Positions 13,926 through 26,330 of a stretch of DNA of 64,000 bases are shown here, one piece after another. The position numbers were made by a program, and so were the translations under genes. Source of the stretch: Octopus sinensis (taxonomy: Eukaryota). The notes under the pieces are model-generated. The model worked only from the letters and a program-made list of their open reading frames with translations, searched no databases and was not told the origin of the DNA. The stretch lies in contig NC_043010.1 of the NCBI RefSeq assembly GCF_006345805.1, positions 45,756,001-45,820,000 of the forward strand. The letters are read 5' to 3'. Within the stretch, counting starts at the first letter, position 1. Each line of letters begins with the position of its first letter.

Positions 13926-14519
13926 ATATAAATATTCTCTGTCATTTATGACTTACATGAGTAGCATGTGACATGAGTGCATTATGCTTCATATTTCTCG
14001 GTTTCAATTCCTTTTCCTGATAAATAAATAAATTTTAAAATAATGAAAGAATTTATGCAATTATTCAAGCCTGAAGTAATTCTATCAATTCCTTATACTA
14101 ATTTCCTTAAGTTATTAGAATTCCCTATCTTACTATATCCTATAGTTTTCCATGTCTTGAACCAACTAATTGGTTATGTAGCATAACTTGTGTAAAGAAT
14201 TTTAATTGGAAACTTTTCTTCTTCTACAACAGTAATCATGTAATCTGAATCTCAGCTGTTTTAATGCTTGGAAACAGTATTACTGAATAGTTTTTTCACA
14301 TAACTACAATCAAAAGAATCAGCTCTAACTTCACAACTCTCTTTCTTTCTTTCTCTCTCTCCTGCTCTCTCTCTCTCTCTCTCTCCCTCCCTCCCTCCCC
14401 TGAACTTGTCTACAAACATACAGATATATGTATGTACTTAAATATGTATGTATACATGTATGTATATACATATACAAGTAAATAGGCATGTATGTATGTA
14501 TGTGAGTGAGTGGCTGGCT

Positions 14520-14521
<2 letters not shown>

Positions 14522-14602
<81 letters not shown>
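14522..14602. repeat. (CT)n microsatellite
   Basis: Pure dinucleotide run. Confidence 0.98.
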
Positions 14603-14605
<3 letters not shown>

Positions 14606-14743
14606 AGTATGTCATTAAAACCATAACAATAGCTCTTTCTGAAAAATCTTTCATAAAATTTTTCCAAGTTAATTTTATATTGTATTGCTTTGTTTAAACT
14701 GTTCAATATTTTGAACATTACTTTTTCACTATCAAGATTTAGT

Positions 14744-14965
14744 TAAGGTGGCAAGCTAGCAGAAATGTTAGCATGCCAGGCAAAATGCTTGGCAGTATTT
14801 TGCCTTTCTTTATGTTCTGAGTTAAAATTCCGCCATGGTCGACTTTGTCTTTTAACCTTTCGGGGTCAATAAATTAAGTACCAGTTGCATACTAGCGTCG
14901 ATCTAATCAACTGCACCCCACCCCCACCCCAAAATTCGGGCCTTGTGCCTAGAGTAGAAAAGAAT
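14744..14965 (+). mobile_element. tRNA-derived SINE family B
   Basis: GGTGGCAAGCTAGCAGAA..GTTCTGAGTT.AAATTCCGCC..GGTCGACTTTG..TAAGTACCAG..GGCCTTGTGCC; more than 10 copies in the window. Confidence 0.85.
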
Positions 14966-15712
14966 ATGAAGATTTAGTTTTGAAATTCATCTGTATAAAA
15001 TTGTATGCTTTCTTAGTTTAATTTCACAGAAGCAGTTCTTCTTCACTTAACACTTGTCCGATGTCAGATACTGCTTGATCACACAATATAATAAAGACAC
15101 TTGACACTTATTTGCAAAGCCTAAATTGTCTTGTTCTGCCATTGCCTATCTGTTAAGGACAAGAGGGCTTTTTTTTTTAAATCAAGATGGCTTCAGTTAT
15201 AGTATATATATATAATTCTGTAGATATATCTACATAGCTATAACTTTTAGTTTTCCAGTCCAGGATTTCATTGCATATGTTTCAAAAGTGTGTGTTTGAT
15301 TTGCAATCCTTGATATGCATTGAATTTGTCTATGCTCAGCTCCAGAATACTGCTTTGTGAACAGAAGCTTTAAGAATACCATATTACAGAGCTGTGCTTT
15401 ATCCTATGGTTCTGTAACTAAGTTTGCTTTGCAACTATGTAGTTCTGGGTTTGATCCTACTGTGTTGCATTTTAGACAGTCCTCTTCTTCTATAGTCTCT
15501 GGTTGACCAATGCTTTGTGGAGTAAATGTGGTAGATGGGAGAACAGGAGCAAGAGTTACTGTATTAACATATGCAATTTGACTGACCTGTGTTAATAAAA
15601 AGTTATGCCCACTTTTGCATTATTATCAATCCAACTTCTGTGTGTATTTGTATATACACACATGTATTAAACTCTCAACCATTGAGTCACTCAGTAACTT
15701 CTGCTGATTATT

Positions 15713-15750
<38 letters not shown>

Positions 15751-15752
<2 letters not shown>

Positions 15753-16159
15753 CCAAGAATGTACAGAATGGAAAAGGTAAATAAAGACTGTATATGTTTC
15801 ATTGCAGAATAATGTTGGTTACATAATTTGTAACACACACAAAATCCATTTAGCTAATTCTCAGGTCCAAATTATCTTTGAATTGTTTACATCTTCATGT
15901 AGAGAAGAGTAAATGATTCACAAATTTATCCACAGTCATTTGATTTTGTTGTTTTCAGCTTACCATTTGTTTTGTGGCTAAATTGGTGAATTATTTACTC
16001 ATCTCTATGTGATGATATAAAAAAAAAACCTGAGAGTAATCAACCATGAGGATTAGCTAAATGAGTTTTGTGTGTGTCACAAGTTATGTGACAAACATTG
16101 TTTCACTGCAAAACAGATGTAGTCTTTATTTACCGTTTCCATTCCTTACATTCTTGGAT
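15751..16159. mobile_element. Long-TIR MITE (arms about 110 bp)
   Basis: ATCCAAGAATGTA..GGTAAATAAAGACT..ACACACAAAA..ATTTAGCTAAT mirrored at 16050-16159. Confidence 0.85.
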
Positions 16160-16374
16160 TTTTATCCACATACTTAGCAATTTTAGTTGCTAAACTGTGA
16201 GCTGTATATTGACTGGTAGCTTACCAAAATTTCCATTGATTTCAATATAGGACAATATGTAGATAACCTATGATGGTTAATGTCCACCTCTTGTCATCCA
16301 TACTTGATGTGTACATGCTTGAGGCTTACTAATTTCCTATACCTGGATCTTTCAGATCATACTACCCTCCGTGG

Positions 16375-16426
<52 letters not shown>

Positions 16427-17276
16427 GTACTTTGTGTGTGTGTGTAATTATAATGGGCATGAGGAAAAGTTGTATAATATAATTAATAGATTTACTTTGT
16501 TGATACCATCAACTCTGCTAACCAGTGTCCACATCATGTATGTTTTGTTCAGACAGCAAGTTATGGCAAAACTATTAGTCTTCCAGTGAAATTTAGATAA
16601 CATCACAAAATGGCTTCCTCTGCACATGGCCTCACATTTAGATATAAGGAATGGAAAATGAAATCCTATGTCATTAAGACTTTGCTTAAAAATGTTAATG
16701 AAAAGAGAAGACTGGGAACCAAAGCTTTTGTTGCTGACCAGGCTTGCTGGAAGTTTATTACTTTAGCTCTACAGCATTCATTTTTTCTTTTTACCTCATA
16801 CAACATTAATAAAGACTACTATGCACACAGCATACATTTTAACAAAGAACTATAAAATTCTTGTTTTGCTGAAAGAGGAATCAGTTCCTATCTTTTCATT
16901 TTGTTTGTCAGAAAAGATTAATCAATAGGAAATGATGTTACAATTACTGAAGGCATAAGCTAAGCAATTTACACCCCATTAATATTGAATTTCTTATCTT
17001 TTATCCTTTATTTTGGTTGTGAAACTGCTGTAGATTAAATTAAAATGATATGTTTAATTGCAATTGCCATCCCCTAGAAATTCATTGCCAGCTGTTTGCA
17101 AACTGAAAATTGATATGCAATTGAATGCTTCCAGCATAAGAAATTAATTTAGATAATGTGTTAAAAATTTAGTCCTAATGATGCCTAAAATAGGTTGAAC
17201 TTCCCATTTATGATAGTGCAGCTACCACATGCACATACACATAAATCCTACTACTTCATATATGTGTGTGTATGCA

Positions 17277-17308
<32 letters not shown>

Positions 17309-17477
17309 GTACAGTCCGAGCAATCACCTCATCAGCTTTTCATGTAGGAATCTGGCTTGCATAATATTCCCAAAACCAAAGGAAGATCAGTTATATTTCA
17401 ACAAATGATAAAAAAGAAGCACTAAAATGGTTCAAGGTATCATTGAGAAGGCATATTATGAGCCTCACAGAGTGAAA

Positions 17478-17744
17478 TATAATCAATTTGGTTGAGGAAA
17501 AGAGAAGTCAAATTGATTTTACAAGTGTTTTTCATAGATGAACATGGTTTTATTCCATGCCAGTCAACTGATTGTGTTTCAAATATTTGAGGAAGTGAAT
17601 GAGCAGCAATGTTATCATTACATATGTTGCATATATTGCATGTATTGCATCACTTTATATGTGGCAGCATAGAATAAACATTCATTTACAGAAATATTTG
17701 TAACATCAATTTGACTTCTCTTTCCTTATCAAATTAATCATATA
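17478..17744. mobile_element. MITE-like inverted repeat (arms about 85 bp)
   Basis: AGAGAAGTCAAATTGAT / ATCAATTTGACTTCTCT with extended imperfect pairing. Confidence 0.8.
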
Positions 17745-17931
17745 TATATATACATGTGTGTGTGTGTATGAATTAATATAAACAGCAGTTTGCAATGTTG
17801 CACCAAAAAGGAAAATTACACATGTCACTAAATGTGATTAGGGTGTTAAGAAACACCTATGTTGCTAGAAATAAGAGCTAAACTGCTCTAATGCTGTAGT
17901 TAATGCACATGTATGAAAACATATACACTAA

Positions 17932-18090
17932 CAGGGACCATAATCGTCCAAAGAGTGCTGACCAACAATTCTTAATACTGACATGTCAGTTTTGGCAATT
18001 TCCATTCACTCATCAGTTAAGACTGCTCGATTGTTCGACTCTTTTATTAAGGATTCTCGATCGGCACTTTTTTGATGATTATGGTCCCTG
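17932..18090. mobile_element. Short MITE with CAGGG TIRs (hAT-like)
   Basis: CAGGGACCATAATCGTC..AGTGC / GCACT..GATGATTATGGTCCCTG. Confidence 0.85.
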
Positions 18091-18167
18091 GTATACATAT
18101 TGGCCAACTGGTAAGTCCAGCCTCCAACCCACAACCCATCATAGCAAACACATTAGTGTGAAGGACA

Positions 18168-18594
18168 CATCATCATCATCGTTTAACGTCCATTTTCCGT
18201 GCTAGCACAGGTTGGACGGTTCAACCAGGGTCTGGGAAGCCATGAGGCTGCACCAGGCTCCAGTCTGATCTGGCAGTGTTTCTACAGCTAGATGCCCTTC
18301 CTAACACCAACCACTCCGTAAGTGTAGTGGGTGCTTTTTATGTGCCAGGGGAGGCTGGCAGCGATCGGTTGGTGCTTTTTACATGCCACTGGCACAGAAG
18401 CCAGTCAAGGTGGCGCTGGCATTGGCCATGTTCGGATGGTACTGTTTACGTGCCACCGGCACAGAAGCCAGTCAAGGCGGCGCTGGCATCGGCCACGTTC
18501 AGATGGTGCTTTTTACTTGCCACCAGCACAGGTATCAGTCAAGTCGTCCAACCCATGCTAGCATGGAAAACATATGTTAAACGATGATGATGAT
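18168..18594 (-). mobile_element. RTE 3'UTR fragment with a second, inverted RTE tail at its other end
   Basis: 18168-18535 matches 46800-47150; 18545-18594 is a + strand copy of the terminal about 50 nt. Confidence 0.85.
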
Positions 18595-19109
18595 TATGAA
18601 ATACTTCCATGAAATTTTTTATTTATAACTTGTACCTTTATAAAACCACTTACATTTGAAATGTAAAGATATACCTGGTATCCTTAACTTTTGTCTGTGT
18701 ATTTATTCAGGAAGAGAAATTTGTCAGCCTCTTGATTACTATTTTGAACAATTACTTTCTCTGATAAATTCATTTGTAAATAATTGAAAACAGCCTAGTT
18801 GCCCAGTTTCTTAAAATACAACACACACATTCTTATATTCATATGCAAAGAAGACACAGACAGACAAACTGAGGTGGTGAAATAAAGTGAGTGAGAATGT
18901 GAGAGAAAAGGTGAATATGAAAAAGAAAGAGAGAAACATGCTGCGAAGGATCAGCACAGACCTAGAGGATCTGATTATGTTAAAGTCCAATTTTCCGAGG
19001 GATATGTATTGAAGTAAAGACTTCATGATAAATTAATTAACTGTACAGAAAGCAACACCCTGATGGATAAAATTGTTTTCATTCTGCAACACATACACTT
19101 ATGCACACC

Positions 19110-19330
19110 CCTTTGTCACTGTGCTCAATCCAAATGTGAACAAACAAGAAAAAACAATGTGAGGACGTGGAATAAGTACAGTGTTATTGGATGCTCAGGA
19201 AAGGAAAGAAAAGAAAGAGGATTTCACGTTTTGAGCAGAGCTTTCCATCAGAAATATAGAAAAAGTCCAAAGAAAGGAAGACAGAGAAAGAAAACCGCCA
19301 ACGATACACACGCGGTCACATATTGAAAAT
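19110..19330 (-). mobile_element. Penelope-like terminal repeat remnant with a decayed minimal hammerhead (about 19221-19255)
   Basis: Minus strand ATTT-CTGATGGA-AAGC-TCT-GCTC-AAAA-CGTG-AAAT followed by AATAAC; fits the PLE minimal hammerhead layout with core substitutions. Confidence 0.55.
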
Positions 19331-19768
19331 ATATATATATATATATTCAACTCCTGAGAGCATTGAAAATTGGACATAAAAATGCTGATAATATATATAT
19401 ATAGTCATATACCCCTCTCTGTCTGTTACATTTGTAACAGAATGATTTCATTTCAAATAACACTAAATTGAATAGTTTCCTGTGATTGTTTTTAATTACT
19501 GAATGTGTGTCCCATTTTCTTTTTCTCTTTTTTTTCTATTCTTTCTTCTTCGACAATTGTTCAGTAAGTACCAAACCTTAAGCTTCAGAATGTGAAAGAA
19601 ATAAAATGAGAAAAAGATAAAAGATATCTAAAAACAAACAAAAGTTGCCACATAGTTCAGGTGTTATTATTACATTACTACTACTACTACTTATTCTATG
19701 CATAATAAAATTCCAGTCCTACCATTATTGTGTCATTTTCAAACCAATTGTGTGTATGTGTTTGTGAA

Positions 19769-20152
19769 TTCAGTCAGTTGACTGTGACCATGCTGGAGCA
19801 CCACTTTAAGTGGTTTTAGTTGAACAAATCGCCCCAAGGACTTATTCTTTGTAAGCCTAATACTTATTCTATGGGTCTTTTTTGCTAAACTGCTAAGTTA
19901 CAGGGATGTAAACACACCAACATCAGCTGACAAGCAATGGGGTGAAGCTGGTGGTGGTAGGGGGAACAAACACAAATATATACACACACATGACTGGTCT
20001 AATTTCAGTTTCTGTCTACCAAATCCACTCACAAAGTTTTAGCTGGTTCAAGACTATAGTAGAAGACACTTGCCCAAAGGACCGTACAATGGAACTGAAC
20101 TTAGAACCATGTGGTTGGAAAGCAAGCTTCTTACCGCACAGCCATGCCTGCA
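19769..20152 (-). mobile_element. SINE family A
   Basis: Reverse-complement match to family A, head at about 20150. Confidence 0.88.
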
Positions 20153-20154
20153 CT

Positions 20155-20185
<31 letters not shown>

Positions 20186-20394
20186 ACACACACACACACT
20201 CTCTCTCTCTCTCTCTCTCTCTGAGTGTAATTTTGTTGTTGCTGTTCCCGGGTATCTTCAATTGGCTCTTCTAGAACAGATCTATACATTAACAAGAACA
20301 GCAATAACATAAATGAACCAGAGTATTGTAATAAAAAAATGTTGTAACCTTGTATCACGATAATCGTCATGGAGTTTAACTCTCATCTAATGAC

Positions 20395-20680
20395 ATATAC
20401 AGCATAGCCTAGCAGTTAGAGTGTTGCATTCTCATTCACAAGATTGTGGTTTCAATTCCCAGACTTGACAGTGCATTGTGTTCTTGAGCAAAACACTTCA
20501 TTTCACACTGCTCCAGTCCACTCAGCTGTAAATGAGTTACCCTGTAGTGGACTGGTGTTCTGTCCAGGGAAAGTGTTAGCCTACTGGTCTAATCAGTGGA
20601 GGAACATCATTTGAAAAGCTGTAAGTACATTGTGACCACTGGTGTATAACAACATCCAATAGTGTGGTTGATATGGTGAT
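20395..20680 (+). mobile_element. tRNA-derived SINE family C (other copies about 59160-59400 and 6565-6800)
   Basis: GGTTTCAATTCC B box plus TTGTGTTCTTGAGCAAAACACTTCATTTCAC core shared by the three loci. Confidence 0.7.
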
Positions 20681-22557
20681 ATATAAAGTATGTCATCTGA
20701 AGTATACTAATTCAAAAAAATAGGTAGTAGGGCTGCATTTTTAATGGTTTATTCAGAGATGAATGGATAGCATTTATGGTCTTTGCATGCTCTCTGAGAC
20801 AGAAGGAAAAAAAAGAGGAAGAAACCACATTTTATCTGTGACTAGACCCTTTTTATTCGGTTGTAGTCCATAAAGACCACAATATTCAATGTGTCCTTAC
20901 CCCTTTTATGTGTGATTTAAAGAATATTTTGGTGCTATTTCTAGGAAATCAAATAACTTCTCAGAGGTTCTTTCACTGGCCTGATGTTCATATATCTAAA
21001 TATCCAGGTTGAGATGTAAAGTATTCAGACTTATTGGATCAGCCAATCCATAACATGGAAGAAAATAAATTGCAATGATTAGAAAATGACAGACAAATGG
21101 AAACCTGCTCCATATTTTTAATTTTTTTTTTTTTTTTCCACATGTGTTAAGTTTTGTCCAAACTGGTTATCTAATTATTTTCTTTTTACTAAAGAAACTT
21201 TGAAAGTAAATATTTTTGCAGTTAGTAAGACTTTGTCATGTCGAAAATTCATGTCTAATTATATGTTTACTGCCATACTGAACCAAACAGGTTTGGCTTT
21301 TTCAAGAAATCTCATTTAACAATGTTATTCTGTGTTAACTTGATTGATGGTGGACAATCCTTGAGCCACCCTGTCACACAGCAAATGTGTAAGTCCCCAA
21401 CTAGTCTAGGTGTCTCTATGACAACAGCTCCTATGACAATAATCATTTCCTATTAGGATTTCTTTGTTTGAATAACCATTAGGATTTACTTTTTTTTTTG
21501 TCTTTTCTCTTTTATTGCTCTGTGACAGAAAAGAGAATGAGTAACAATTTGCCAGGTGAAGGCTGATGATGCATTTTGTTCCTTTCCTTCCATAAATAAG
21601 CCAACTTCCATTCAAGCCCTTGACATCGCTTCTATATTTACAAACTTGTTAAATATGTTGTTGTTAACATCAGGTCAGAGCTGTGACCAAAGACACATTC
21701 AGTCTTTTCTATTAGTTGCATTGTATGTAGAACTACATTATCCCCATCTTTCCCCTTTCATATTGTTATTTGAGAGACAGCTGTTATTTCAAGCAGGTTT
21801 ATTGACTGTATAGATGTTTCCTTATTTATTAACTCAAGCTTTTGTGTGCAAATGAAATAGGTTTCTCTACCTTTCAAAAGTACATCCAGTCAGTAATTCC
21901 TCCTTACTCCTCTCTTCATATCCATTGGTTGGTTAATCTTCTACCTCAGCTGGCTATAGTCTAGTTCCCACCCCTGTCATCTAGGAATACTTGAAAAAAA
22001 TGACCTACAAACATTGTTTCTGGCATAATCAGTGGAGTGTCAGACAAAATAGTTTGTTACATTTAGTTGCAACCATTCGTGTACTCAGTTCAAACACCAC
22101 ATTGTTTAGTTTTTATCTTTCATCTTTTTGAGGCCAATAAAACAAGTTTCAGTTAAGTAATAGGATTGATTTGACTGTTACCTTCCCCTAACTAGTGACT
22201 TTCAGCTTCTGTTACAAATTATCATTGCTTATTGCCACTGGAAATAAGAAAATTAATCAAAATATCCTCTATATCAGTGGTTCTGAACTGGGGTCCATAT
22301 GACCTCAGGGAATCTATATAAGATTTTTGGGTTCCACACAAGCAAAATAATAACTTGGAGATCCACAGAAGTATATTAAGGGTCCATGAAAAATTTTGAT
22401 TTAGATGTATTTATTGCAAAAAAAAAATGGCTAAATTTCTTTAAAATTTTGCATAGTTCATCCTACATACACAAGTTAATGTGTGAAAAACAAAATAGGA
22501 ATTTTGAAAGAATTATCTATAAAACCAGCTTTTGAACATTGAATGGCTATGGGGATC

Positions 22558-22990
22558 CATCGTCATCATCATTTAATGCCCACTGTCCATGCTGGCAAGG
22601 GTTGTTAGATGGTTTGACTGATACTGATAAACCGAAGAGCTGCACCAGGTTCTAGTTTGAATTTGGCTTGGTTTCTACAGCCCTTCCTAACACCAACCTT
22701 TCTGAGAGTATAGTGAGTGCCTTTTAACAGTCACTTGGCACAGCTGCTTTTACATTTCACTGGCACAGATGCTATTATGTGTCGCCAGCACAGGTGCTTT
22801 TACATGTCACCAGCACAGGTGCTTTATTGTGTCACTAGCACAGGTGCTTTTGTGTCACCAGCTCAGGTGCTTTTACATGTCACTGGCATGGGTGCTTTAC
22901 ATGTTACTGGCATGGATGTTATGTGTCACCAGTCCTAGTCACAACTATGATTTCACTTGGCTTGATGAGTTTTCTCAAGTACAGCTAATT
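22558..22990 (-). mobile_element. Older RTE 3'UTR fragment containing an about 21-25 nt minisatellite
   Basis: (CAT)n tail plus CCCTTCCTAACACCAACC motif; GTCACCAGCACAGGTGCTTT(TACAT) repeated about 8 times at 22730-22935. Confidence 0.75.
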
Positions 22991-23365
22991 ACCTGCCTAA
23001 ATATTAACAGTGCATATTACACACAAAAGCTCAATGTTACCCATTTTTCCCAATCAAATACATTGCAATATTCAGCATGGCATGATGGAAGTATGTTAGT
23101 CACATCTACTGTCCAGAACAGCTGGTGCACAATGAAGAATTAAGATCACCATAATAATGTTACATTTGCCTATGATAGTGAGAATATATTAACACAAATG
23201 GCAAACAAGCATCCTGTGGAGTTATTGCTATAAACCTTCATTCAGTATAGAAGACCGGAAAGTAATACTTTCATCAGTGAAAATACTAATAAATTATTTA
23301 ATGTGAAAACTGAATTAATAAATAATCAATTAGGATAATACTTAAATACTGTCATTGATAGTGAT

Positions 23366-23835
23366 AGGCATTGGTGTGGCTGTGGTTTAAGAAGTTTGCT
23401 TCCTAACTATATGGTTTTGGGTTCAATACTACTGTATGATACCTTTGGCAGTTGTCTGCTACTATAGCTCTGGGCTGATCAATGCCTTGTCAGTGGATTT
23501 GGTAGTCATAAACTGAAAGAAAGCTATTGTGTGCATGTAGATGGCTGGGTGGATGGACAGACGGATGGATGGATGGATGGATATGTGCGCGTGTTTGTAT
23601 CTTCCGTTCTTGAAGTCACATGATAGTTGTAAATGATTGTCACTGTCATATCAGCAGTGTCATTCATTTCCAATATTCTGCAAAAACAAATCTGGCCATG
23701 GGTAAATATAACCTTCTTTGGTAATATTTCCCCCATGGTTATGGTGGGTGATTGGAAGGGCATCCAGCCATAGAATATCTGCCACAAAAATCTCTGTCTA
23801 CCTTATACACACATGGAAAAGTGGATGCTTAAATG
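23366..23835 (+). mobile_element. SINE with family A head and an RTE-type tail
   Basis: Family A head through AACTGAAAGAAA, then a different body ending GGAAGGGCATCCAGC..CATGGAAAAGTGGATG.TTAAATGA; related pieces at 7885-8190 (-) and 36815-37056 (+). Confidence 0.75.
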
Positions 23836-23847
23836 ACAATTGTCATT

Positions 23848-24336
23848 ACACTGTGTAACAAAATTTTTATTTTTTACTTTTAGTCTTTGGTCAGTAAGTG
23901 TTTTTTCCTATTTGCTTCTATCTAGAAGACAAAGGAAATTACTACTATTCCCTTCAAACTTTGCTTTTGTGACTTGATCATCAATGTTGTGAAACTGATC
24001 TATTTTCCATTTCATTTCAGACAGATTCAGCACTGAGTTGCTCATGCAGAAATATCATTATAACTAATATTCTGCTCAATATCATAGCTTTGTCAGTTGC
24101 TTGACCATAACCATTTGAGTATGTCCCTTTGTAGCTGACAATATCTGCATATCTGATCATGAGCAGGAGTAGTTGGGGAGCATCATTTCACTGATGAAAG
24201 GGATTCTTTGAGGTTTGAATAAATGTAACAAAAGCAAAGTTTAAAGGAAATATTAGCCATTTTTCATACTTTCTAAGGGTAAGCAAATAGGAAATAACAG
24301 TTGCTATCCAAGGACAAAAATCATGTTACACAGTGT
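23848..24336. mobile_element. Long-TIR MITE
   Basis: ACACTGTGTAACA / TGTTACACAGTGT termini; TTCCTATTTGCTT and AAACTTTGCTTTTGT mirrored internally. Confidence 0.85.
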
Positions 24337-24789
24337 TATAGAAATGTAAACATTAACTGAAAAAAATAAATTCATCTATTCCTGACATATAAAAATCATT
24401 TTGAACCACTGGCTATATATGATTCTGTTGAAGGTACAGGTTTTGTAAGAATTTAAATGAATGTTTTCATTCTAAATTATGTCTTTTATATCCTTCCATA
24501 CTGAGTAACTTTTTACTGGTTGACTTTACTGCAGATATGTATTTTAGTCTACACTAGTAAAGTTCAAAAGTTGCTTTTGAATATGATTATTGTTCTGAGG
24601 ATACATACATGTTTTTCAGTGTATTTTAGGTAACAATTATAAAAAAAATCTGACTCTGTACTTCTCTTTCTATATATGTAATATTTAAAGAAAAAAGACA
24701 AAAACAAAACAATGCATATTATGTGCAGGATATTTTTTTCCCAGGAATTTATAGCTCATAATTAGTGATATGCATTATATGTGAATAAA

Positions 24790-25240
24790 GTCTTTGTTTT
24801 CGGCTGTCCGTCGTAAGTCAATGTTGATTTTACTGTTCTTGTTCAGTAATCATCCCTGGCAGATTTGCATGTGGGGTACAAGGCTGCTCTTAATTTACAG
24901 CAGCATTGACATCTGCTGCAGGAAAAGCTACTTGATGCAACAGAGAAGTGATACTTCCCATGTTCTCTTTTACATTTTCTCTACTGTTTCTCCTCAATGG
25001 CTGGAATTGGTGCCATTCAGCAATTGGTGTCATTCATCATGTTGCAGGGCCTTCTCCTCCCAGGTGTCTGGGGAGATGCTGAAGTTCTTCATATGTCTCT
25101 TCAGCACATCCCTGTATCGCATCCTCTGGCCACCACGGCCCCCACCTGCCCTGATGCAGTTCAGCATAGAAAACTGACTTTGGGAGCCTACCACACTCTA
25201 TCCTACAAGCATGTCCCACCCAGTGCTGCTATGATGAGGT
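24790..25240 (-). mobile_element. RTE/BovB-like LINE ORF2 C-terminal remnant
   Basis: Minus-strand translation GHACRIECGRLPKSVFYAELHQG resembles the RLPKxxFYGELxxG motif. Confidence 0.75.
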
Positions 25241-25349
25241 AATGAGCAAATACAGTAATTGATAGATAATTGTTTCAAATTTTGGATCAAGGCAAGCACT
25301 TCATCCAATATGCTAACGATTCTGCCAGCTCACTGCCTTAATAATAATA

Positions 25350-25382
<33 letters not shown>

Positions 25383-26227
25383 TACCCATTCCTAAATGAT
25401 TACTAGGGTAGTTTTGGGTTTTAAGCTAAAGTATTGCTTGTTGAAAACCAAGCACAGTATATTACAGGTATTCAACAACTTTTGAATTCAGCATCAAAAG
25501 GAACAGTACTAAATATTGTGATGCACTTAGTTCTCAATATCATTCACAGCATTGGTGATTTCCTACATCTTGCCTCACATTGCAATATAAATGAGTAATT
25601 GAGAAATTGCATCATTTAGGAATTCTCCAAGTGTATTAACAGTGTGTGTGTGTGTGAAGGGGTTCTAAGTTGGAAATGAGACCAGATCATGTGACTTCTC
25701 TCATAGTCATATGTTTACTGTTTTAACCCGTTTTCATACTAACCCACATCAGTGTCCCACCTTTGGCTCTGCAGTACAAACATCCTGTTTTTAAGTGATC
25801 TAAATTAAAACTTCCCATTCATTTGTTTCAAACATTAACTCAATAATGACGAAGCTATTTTTACTACATTCTTCATTTTTGACAGAAATATGGTAGCAAG
25901 TGTTGAGTTAGTTGGTTCGGCACAATTACAAAAGCAAATGAGGAATTTTCTAGAAACAGTAGCCAAATCCCCTTCAAATCAAATCCCAAGAAAGGATATA
26001 TTGGACAATTTAGTCCTCAATGTCCCCAAAATGACAAGATGGGCATGGCTGGAAGGCATTCTTCTCAAGGATAGCTCAATCAAGATTGACCTGGGTTTAA
26101 ACAAACTGGGTGGATTGAATTATTGACCCTAAAGAATATAGAACTGTGAAATATTGAGCAAGCTGCAGCACTGCAGCACATCTATTGAACAGCTACTTTG
26201 ACCATCTCTCCACTGCCTAAGTGCTAG

Positions 26228-26244
26228 TTGTAGTAGTAGTAGTA

Positions 26245-26277
<33 letters not shown>

Positions 26278-26330
26278 AGTAGTAGTAGTAGTAGTAGTAG
26301 CAGCAGCAGCAGCAGCTGTTGTTGTTGTTT
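26228..26330. repeat. Compound (TAG)n(CAG)n(GTT)n microsatellite
   Basis: Directly visible. Confidence 0.95.

Larger units (their letters stand above)
22275..24411. mobile_element. hAT (Charlie-like) non-autonomous element interrupted by nested insertions
   Basis: CAGTGGTTCTGAAC at 22275 and TTTTGAACCACTG at 24411; flanks ctctatat / gctatata resemble a degraded TSD. Confidence 0.5.

Noticed and set aside
14331-14718. RE/SL-repeat ORFs (also HT/CV/YI ORFs at 20070-20370 and 53284-53812)
   Set aside because: Translations of microsatellites.
18017-18110. Possible exon with a strong CTG|GTAAGT donor
   Set aside because: Lies mostly within the MITE at 17932-18090, has no ADAM similarity, and its phase does not fit exon A.
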